Shown here piece by piece: positions 55,901 through 64,000 of a stretch of DNA of 64,000 nt. The notes beneath the pieces were generated by a model, which was not told the DNA's origin, did no database searches, and saw only the letters and a program-made list of their open reading frames with translations. This DNA comes from Caecitellus pseudoparvulus (Eukaryota > Protista > Bigyra: Bicosoecida). The position numbers and the translations under genes are program-made. The first letter of the stretch is position 1, and each line of letters starts with the position of its first letter. The DNA lies in the NCBI GenBank assembly GCA_965644315.1, contig CBFFRQ010000044.1, positions 248,001-312,000 of the forward strand. The letters run 5' to 3'.

Positions 55901-58900
55901 CTTCAAGAGGCGTTTCTGTGCCGGAGGGGTGCAAGCAGGCATTTTGAACCAGAGAGGAGTGCTTGTGGAGGCGCTGCCTCCCTCTGAGCGCCGAGATCCC
56001 ACCAAGTTCAAGGTGGTCCTGCGCTGCCTGTTGCCGGCTGGCGTCGGCGGCAACTGGACCGTGTCGCTGCAGGTTGATGGGCAGAAAGACACGCGTTTCG
56101 ACGCCACAGGCACGGACGTCGCTCCGCCCGCATCACGCTCCTTTTCATACGACCCTCCTGAAGTCTATGTCAGCATTCCTTTCCAAGGGCTGCAGACGGC
56201 TGGCGGAACGACGGTTGTCGTGCGAGGCGTGAACTTCGGCTCCGAAGCGTACAGCAATGACTCCTCTGTTTTCCGCCGTGTCAGGACGTCCCTGCGACAC
56301 TCCATCATTGGCGACGTGCGGGACGCTATCCGCGCCCGCATTGGGCCCTACGAAATCACCGACATCCAGTGGACATCCAATTCCTTCGTGAACCTCGGCA
56401 TGCCAGCTGGCGTCGGAAAAGACCTCGTGCTGAAGATTTGCGTCCTTGAGCAGTGCTCCAGCACAGAGCGGAGTTCCAATTCCATCAACACCTTGTCCTA
56501 CGATTCGCCCATCGTGACCAGCATTTCTCCCGAGGAAGCATTTGCCGGCATGCAGTCCCTGAACTTCACAATAAGTGGCTTCAACTTCGGCACTGAGCCG
56601 GACAAGGTGGAGCTCGTGACGGTGGCTGGGGAAACCTGCCCGATTGTGACGCTCGTGTCGCCCTTTGAGATCCTCTGCTCGAACATCTCCTTTGCCAACG
56701 TTGCTTCCTCCGCCGGCCGGCAGGCTGTGCTTGTGACCATCGCTGACAATGATTCACCGAATGCGCAACTCGTAACTGCCGTTGGCGAGCCCATCGTCTC
56801 AGCAGTGTCCCCAGCCACTGCTGATCCAGGTGACACCGTCACGATCTCGGGGCAGAACTTCTTCGTCGACCCGGGCATGGGCGAAGACTTGAGCGTCATT
56901 CCAAAGGTGGCCTTCGATGGCATCCCAGCTGAAGGCTGCTCTGCCACATACACGGAGGCGTCCCCCAACGCGGTGCTGAAGTGCCGTGTGCCAGATCATG
57001 GGCAGGCGGAAACGCCGTCTGGGTTTGTGAACATCATGGTCATGACAGCGGGCGGCAGCGTGTCGCCACCCAACCAGATCTTCTCGTATGCAGACGAGGG
57101 GCTGCCTGCGCCGGCTCCCCTTGGCCTGGAGATGGCGTCGGTCGCGCCCATTGCCGCCGACGTCCCGAGGGAGATCACCATCACGTGGATCCAGACTCGG
57201 CTTAAGAACTCCAGAGTGCAGACTGTGAACCAGTGGACCCTGTACTACAGCCACAGCAGGGAGGACGTCGAGGCACTGAACGTGACGCTGAATGCGAACG
57301 GCGCAGTGGACACGACCGTCCTCACCCCTGACTCCCTCACCGCCGAAGTCATCACCGCCCTGCCTTCGGACATTGCAGTGGATGGCAGGCGGCGGCAACT
57401 TGCTGCCAGTCAGGTGGGGCGTCGCCCAGCGGTGGGCCCCCGCCAGGGGCACGACCCTGAGAACCCCCACTGGCCAGAGGAGGTCGTGGAGTTGTTCAAC
57501 TCTGTGAACAACGGCTCGTACGAAGTCGTGCGGTACACCGTCACCAACACTTTCCTGAACTCTGAGCCGTACTTCTTCCGCATGGTGTCCCGCAACGCCG
57601 GCGGCTCGTCTGACTACTCGCCCGTCATGGGGCCTATTTTCGACGCTTGCCACACCAGCCAGTACCTAACCACACACCTGGCGCTGGAGGACGTGGGCTG
57701 CGATCCGTGCCCGACAGGTGCCTTCTGTGGAGGGCAACCTGCGCACCGCGTGGTGAACCTGGAGGGGTACTGGCGTGCGCCGTGGTCGCCGGTTGAGAAC
57801 TTCGTCGCCTGCGACGAAGTGACGGCATGCGACGGGTACTCACCCAGCGACACCAGCAGGCCGGCGTATTTATTCTACCCCCAGCCCAGCGCAGTGGGCG
57901 GCCCACTCGCCCGATCAGCGTCCCTTCTGAATGAGCCCACTGACGCTGTGCTGGTGAGTTTGAACGGAACAACATTCGCTGTCCGGACATCGCAGACGGC
58001 CGCTGAAGTTGAGGCCTTTTCCGCGGCGGGTGGGCAGTCCTTCACTCCCGTCAGCTCAGCCCAAGGCACGTGTGCAGCTGGGTATGGCGGGAACCTCTGC
58101 AACCGGTGTGAAGTGGGGTATGCGCGCACAGGCACTGCCTCCTGTGGCGAGTGTCTGGGGGAGGGCGTCAACGCGGTTAGCCTCATCGGTGGCGCCATCC
58201 TGGCAGTGGGCGTCATTGCCGGCGTGACGTTCATGGCACTGCGCTCGCGAGGTGAGGCGTCCAAGCTGCACGTGAGTGTCGTGAAGATTCTCTTCACCCA
58301 CATCCAAGTCGTCGCCATTGCGGCGTCCTTCCCCCTGCAGTGGCCCGCAGACATCAACCGCATGTTCATCGGACTGAATGCGGCATCGTCCGTGAGCGAC
58401 CAGCTCATCTCGCCCGACTGTGTGTCGGACCAGACCAGTGTCAGGGAAGATTTCGCCGGCTCCACATTTTTCCTGCGAGCAGTCGTGACAGTCGTGCTGC
58501 CCTTCATCATTTTCACCGCGCTGGCACTGTTTTGGTACGCCCACTGGGTGTGTGGCTGTCCGTACCTGTGGGAGGAGGGCGAGATCTCACGCATCATGCC
58601 GTGCCTGGCGTGTCTGGAGGACAAGGACTCCGTCGCCCGCTCACGCCGCCTGCGCGACGCACAGGCGCAAGCCATCAAGGACGGCGAGCTGCCTGCGCAC
58701 CACTGGCCCACCACGCGTGCCATCGTGCAGGGGCGAGGGAAGGAACCCCACGCCTCTGCCGCCGCGCCTTCCATCCGCACCACCAGCGGGGTGCAATTGG
58801 GAGTCACTGAGGATGGCGTGCTGCGTTCCGCGCCGCCGTCAGTGGACCCCGCCGAGTCAGCCACCGGCTTCTCCCTGCCCAACCCCATGCTTGCCACCAG

Positions 58901-60125
58901 CCAGGCGTCAGCAGAGGAGAAGAGCAGGGCTGGCGAGAAGCCCCGCGCCAGTCGACTGGCCACCTCCCGCGTGTCAGTAGAGCCCAGCGGGTCGGAGGAC
59001 CGCCCCAGCAGTGTCACGGAGTCGGTCCTGAGTGGGCCCACCACCACCGCCACACGACCCGCCTCCGCAGCCTCCGCCGCCTCTGACATGCCAGCACGGC
59101 CCAAGTCATCCCTGGATGAGTACGGGCGTCTGCTGCGCCGCTCCAGCATGTCGCGCGTCGTGCCGTTGCGGGAACCCAACAGAGTGAAGTCCTGCGGCGA
59201 CGCATGCAACCTGGCGAAGTTCTGGGACTCTGACCACATTGACCTGCTCATCGTCTCCCTCACCGTGACGGCATTCCTCATCCACCCCACCCTTACCCGC
59301 GTGACGCTGTCCATGTTCACGTGCTCCTCCATCGCGGACTCCGACGAACGATTTTTGGTCGCGGACCGCGGCATCGTCTGCGACACGCCCGAGTCCAGCC
59401 CCTGGATGTACGGCGTCGGGTTGCCCTTTTTCTTCCTGTACGCTCTGGGCATTCCCGGTGCCGCGTTTTTGGCGCTGTGGATGCGGCGCACGCGGTTGCA
59501 GCGCGACCCCATCGTGCGTGCAACGTACGGTTTCCTGTACGCCTCCTTCGACGCGCGGTACTACTGGTGGGAGGAACTCACCATGATCCGCAAAGTGCTG
59601 TTCGCCATCATGGGCGTGCTGCTGACGCCCGCCGGCATCGTGACGCAGACCACCCTGGCGACACTGACACTGACGTTTTACGCCGTCCTGCATTCCCGCG
59701 CATCTCCCTTCAACGCCAAGCTACTGAACCGACTGGAACTCACATCCCTCATCGTCGCGCTGCTGACACTGCAGGGAGGGCTGTACCTCTTCTCCTCCGG
59801 CGTCGGCAGGGCCGCCAAGGAGGCCGTGACAGTGCTCATTTTACTCATCAACGCGGGTTTCTTCGTGCACACTCTGTGGGCGCTGCTGGAAGCCTTCGCC
59901 ATCCAGGCTCAGCAGGGAAACCTGGACCGCACCGACAAAGCCTCCACCCTTGCCACGCTGCTCGTCGGCCTCGCGCGCTCCGTCTTCAGCTACCTGTGCT
60001 GTGGCGACGAGCAGCGCTCTTCAGAAGGCTCGCGGGGAGGCGGCGGCGGCGGCGGCACAGCGACCTCTGCGGGAGACACCAGCGGGGGTGGCACTGCGCC
60101 ATCCGGCGGAGGGGGCAACGTGTGA
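49934..60125 (+). CDS. Giant (about 3300 aa) receptor-like membrane protein: NHL/Kelch propellers, IPT/TIG repeats, FN3-like, Cys-rich and multi-TM domains. Three short 5' exons precede the main exon at about 50527
   Basis: Signal peptide MWIVLVGLLASRAAG. Kelch repeats (VIGG...W..G.PLNTPR, LYLIGG, IYLVGG, IYATGG). At least 5 IPT repeats (FSY.PP.I...P..GG..TLRG.NFG...P.GVG). CDPCPTGAFC and C..GYGGNLC..C motifs, then 7 or more TM helices with YGFLY..F...YYWWE..RK. Confidence 0.85.
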
Positions 60126-60333
60126 TGTTCTTGATTGTGACGCTCGTGGCTGTACTCTATCCTGCCTTGCCGTTACCCAATGCAGGCATTTTTTGACGCC
60201 CAGCGTGTGCGCCGTCCCTTCGCCACACGCCGCCCGTGTCCCAGGCCGGCCGCCCACGCAAAATTACGCCAATGCATGGCATGCACCACGTGCACGGAGC
60301 AGTTCGGTGTAGGTTTCTGTGAACAGGGCAACC

Positions 60334-63148
60334 ATGTGTGCCATGCAGCTGGCGCGAGCGGCCGTCTCCGGTGAGTGCGGACTTTGGCGTTTCGCAGTGA
60401 AACGCCAGTGCCGAAGCAGCTCGCCCGCTTTCCCTTTGGATGCTAGCGCCACACCCCGCCCTGCAGGCAAGCGAAACAGGTGGAAAGACGATCGGTATGA
60501 CTTGGACTTGACGTACATCTCAGCAGACCGCAGGTGAGCGAGCGGGGCTGGTGTCAGGAAGCGATCGTGCACCGCTCTGTCGCAGCCGATTGCACCAGCT
60601 GCTCACAACGCTGCCCGTGGCGCCTGCCGGCACAGGGTGATCGCGATGGGCTTCCCAGCGTCAAATTTGGAGTCCACGTACCGGAACGACATTGCAGAGG
60701 TGCGCTGTGCGCCTGTGTGGCTTGTGACGGGTGCTGCCCCCACCGCCGCCTCCTCGGCTCTGCTGCCCGCAGGTCAGCCGCTTCTTGGACGAGCGACACC
60801 CTGGCACATACAGGCTGTTCAACCTGTCTGAGCGCAAGTACGACTATGCTCGCTTCCACGGCCGCGTGGTGGAGCTGGGGTGGCCTGACCACCACGCGCC
60901 GCCGCTGGGCGTGCTGTGGCAACTGCTCAGCATCATGCACAAATGGCTGGCCGCAGACCCTGCGCACGTGGCTGTCGTGCACTGCATGGCGGGCAAGGGC
61001 CGGACAGGGGTGCTTGTCGCAGCCTACGACATTTTCTCGGGGCGGAGGCTGTTCCACCCTGCCGCTGGCCCCATCATGCGTGCCGCTTGGCTGCAGGCGC
61101 AAGTCACAGACGCAGAGGACGGCAGCAGCGGTGAGCAGGCCCCTGCCGCTGCACAGAGTGCGACTTTAGGATCTAAATCTGACGACAGTGTGCTGTTTCG
61201 ACCCCTGGATGCGACGACTGCGGCGCTGCAGCACTTCAAACGCACTCGTGGCGAGGGTGTTTCCCAGCCCTCGCAGAAACGCCAGGTGCTGTACGTGGCT
61301 TGCATGGTGCATGACTGTGTCGCACGATACTGCCACGCTGCGATGCACCAGGCCACTTCTGGCCCTGTGACTCCCACTCAAGGGCCGCTTGCCTTTACAG
61401 TGTCAGCGGCAGCGCTGCACGCTGGAGCCAAGGCGGCAAGCCAGTGCAGCAAGCCGCACGACGAAGAGCTGGCCAGAGCACTGGGCATTCCGCCTGCCAC
61501 CTTTGCCCTCATGCAAAGTGCAGTTTGGATCCACGCCTCGCCGCCCATGCCGCAGCCAGGGGCCTTGGTGCGCCCAGCGGGTGGCACCGCGGCGAGCTCA
61601 CCTGGCGAGGCTGCAGCGGCCACCGCCACGCCTGCCACCAGTCAAAGCACGGCAGTGGCGCAGCCTGGCACAGTGAGCGCCTGGAGCAGCCCTTTCGCGG
61701 TGCGTGCGACGTCGCTGGTCATGCACGGGCTGCCCCGTGTGCCGGGCGGGGAGGCTTTTCGCCCCTTCTTGCAGATTCTGTCCGTGCCGTCCCAGGCGCA
61801 GCAGGGGGCAGTGCGCCTGTACTACAACACTGCCTGGGACACCCCCCGCCTGGCGGAGTACACGCCCAGCACGGGAGCGCAGGCATTTGACCAAGACCCC
61901 CAAGGGGGGCATGCCGTGGACCCGCCCTGCGTTGTGGAGATGGCGCCATGGGAGGGAGTCAGTGCACACTACGGAGCGTCAGAGGCCGGGCAGGCTGGGG
62001 GAGGGCACTGCGGGGCCTTCCCCACGCCCACTGCGTCATCTGACATCGTCACATTGAAGTTTGGCACTGCTGTGGACATGGGCGGCGACATCCTCGTCAG
62101 GTGCCTGCACATGCCAGGCAGCGTGGAGATTTGGCGCATCGCGTTCCACACGGCGTTTCTGCAGTTCGAGCCCATTCCCGGCGTCCTGCGCCTGACGCGC
62201 GAGCAAATTGACTGCTCCAAACGAAACAAACGCATTGCCAAGCTCCTGCCGCCCGGCTTCATGATTGACTTGTTCTACGACTCCGCCACTGTGCGTGAGG
62301 CTCACGGGCTGCCCGTGCTGGCACCGCAGGAACCTGCCAGCCCGACAGGCACGGGAGACAGCCTCCAACGCCCCCGCATGGCCAGCTCCATGAGCGAGGT
62401 GGAAGTGGGCAGCCACCCACACAGTGGGCCCACTTCCTCCCCCATCAAATCAGCCCTGCGCCGCCCGCTGACCACCCAAGACGAAGCCGTCCCTGCCTCG
62501 CCGAAGCGGGGTGCTGGTAAGCGCCTTCCACGCGTGGGTGCGGGCAGTGGCGCGTTCAGTGACGAGGAGGGCGACGGCAGCGACGCCGAGGCAACACCAG
62601 GGTTGGCCTCCCGTCTGGACCGCCTTGCGGCGCTGCCCCGCGAGGCGGTCGCATCCACCGGCGAGCTGTTGCCTGACGTGGAGCAGCTTCGTGCCGAGCA
62701 GACACAGAAGGCCGGCCCCCGTCCACGACAGCGCACAGCCAGCACCACCTCAGTCGCCACAGCTGCATCGGTGCAAGCCACGCCAGAGGAGCGTGCCGAG
62801 GCGGCTGCCAGTGTGGGGCGCATCGCCAGTGACACAGTGCGTCAGGGTTGGCTGCGGAAGGAGGGGGGGTGGATCAAGTCCTGGCGGGACCGGTACTTCG
62901 TGCTGCGGGGCGGGGCGCTGTCGTATTACGCGGACGAGGCGGCAGGCGTCCCGAAAGGCTCCATTCACCTGGGCGACTGCATTGCCGTGCGAGCCTGCCA
63001 GCCTGATGAGGTGCCGGGGAGACTGTTCTGCATTAAACTGCTCTTCCCCACACGTACATACATCCTGCAGGCGCCGTCCCAAACCGCCATGGAGGAGTGG
63101 GTGCTGGCACTCGCGACAGTGCACGGGTCACTCATGATGTGCGCCTGA
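60334..63148 (+). CDS. PTEN-like phosphatase with C2 domain and C-terminal PH domain. Three 5' introns, start codon 60334 or 60343
   Basis: DLDLTYI, IAMGFPA...YRN, FNLSE..YD, WPDHHAP and the P-loop HCMAGKGRTG. C2-like GDILV..WRIAFHTAF. PH domain RQGWLRKEGGWIKSWRDRYFVL...EEWV. Confidence 0.88.
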
Positions 63149-63161
63149 TGCGGCACGCCCG

Positions 63162-64000
63162 CTATGCGTCTGGGCTGGAGGTGTCAGCTGTGGCCAGCCA
63201 CGCCGCGGCCACCTCAGCAGCCGAAGTGACAGGGCCGGGGGCAGTCTGGGCAGTGGTCCCAGTGGCCTCGCGCTGCCGCTTTGCCGCCTCTCGCGCCGCG
63301 ACGCGCTTGGCCTCCGACGCGGCGGCGTCGGCGGCCTCCTTGGCAACCCGCTTCTCCACGCCCTCCTTGATGATGGCCACGATTGAGTCAGGCAGCTTCC
63401 CCTGTGGTGCTGGCCCTGTGAAGGCCGGCCAGGCGGTGAAGGGGTCCGGGTACTCTGCCCACTTGGCGGGGCCCTCGTCGAACTCCTCGTCTGTCAGGCA
63501 CGCCGCGTCCAGGGCCGCCGTGATGCTCGCCTGATCGTGGCTCATGCCGATGATGACCAGTTCCGTGTGGCGGTCGCCCACTGGCTCCGGCAGCCACTCG
63601 TGCCGCATGGACCGCCAGCTGGGCGGCCACATGGCGTAATGCACCGCTGCGTACCACGGACCCCCCGGCACGACCCGGTGCACACGCCCTGCATGCTCCC
63701 ACACACCGCCGGTGCTCTGCCGCGTGGCCAGCCACAGGAAGCCCTTCGAGCGCACAACACGCTTCAGAACGCTGCCGTCGGCCAGCGCATCCGCCAGACG
63801 CTGAGGATGGAAGGGCCGGCGGCGGCGGTACACAAATGAGCTGATGCCGTACTCCTCTGACTCTGGGATGTGCTCGCCTCGCAGCTCGACGAGCCAGCCT
63901 GGCGCAGACTCCGCCTCAGCCATGCTGAAGCGTTTCGTGTTGAGGATGCTAGTGAGCGGCACAGCGGACCGTGTGGCGGTGAGGATCTCCGCCTTGGTGT
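63162..64000 (-). CDS. CobW/COG0523 (ZNG1/YciC-like) metallochaperone GTPase, 3' part only (runs off the window)
   Basis: HIPESEEYGISSFVYRRRRPFHPQRL, VVRSKGFLWLATR, GDRHTELVIIG and LDAACLTDEE match CobW_C. Confidence 0.88.
   Translation of the reverse strand, partial: TKAEILTATRSAVPLTSILNTKRFSMAEAESAPGWLVELRGEHIPESEEYGISSFVYRRRRPFHPQRLADALADGSVLKRVVRSKGFLWLATRQSTGGVWEHAGRVHRVVPGGPWYAAVHYAMWPPSWRSMRHEWLPEPVGDRHTELVIIGMSHDQASITAALDAACLTDEEFDEGPAKWAEYPDPFTAWPAFTGPAPQGKLPDSIVAIIKEGVEKRVAKEAADAAASEAKRVAAREAAKRQREATGTTAQTAPGPVTSAAEVAAAWLATADTSSPDA

Overview
Gene-dense, GC-rich (about 60-68% by eye) eukaryotic nuclear DNA. It has short GT-AG introns, mostly 70-110 nt, with GTGCG/GTGAG/GTACG donors. 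The gene content is protist-like and possibly from a heterotrophic stramenopile, but the taxon is an inference. About 22 protein-coding genes were reconstructed by hand: two tandem acyltransferase-3 genes, an orphan ORF, SerRS with a C-terminal eEF1B/GST-like domain, a circularly permuted ATP-grasp ligase, an SPX-M14 peptidase fusion, MnmG/MTO1, ubiquitin-eL40, mitochondrial uL29m, a degenerate myosin-like protein, a UBL-PI4K type II kinase, four clustered type II membrane glycan enzymes, a multi-TM/LRR/truncated-globin fusion, adenylate kinase, Rpn13, a GPI-type surface protein, a giant Kelch/IPT/multi-TM receptor-like protein, a PTEN-C2-PH protein and a partial CobW-family GTPase. No tRNA, rRNA, CRISPR array or mobile element was recognised. 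The best candidate for an undescribed system is the head-to-head pair at 7918-13094: an ATP-grasp amide ligase and an SPX-fused M14 amidohydrolase, possibly a phosphate (inositol pyrophosphate)-regulated make/break module. The second notable pattern is the hexamer AATGCA, found within about 160 nt downstream of 17 of 22 stop codons and palindromic between convergent genes, which makes it a candidate non-canonical polyadenylation signal.
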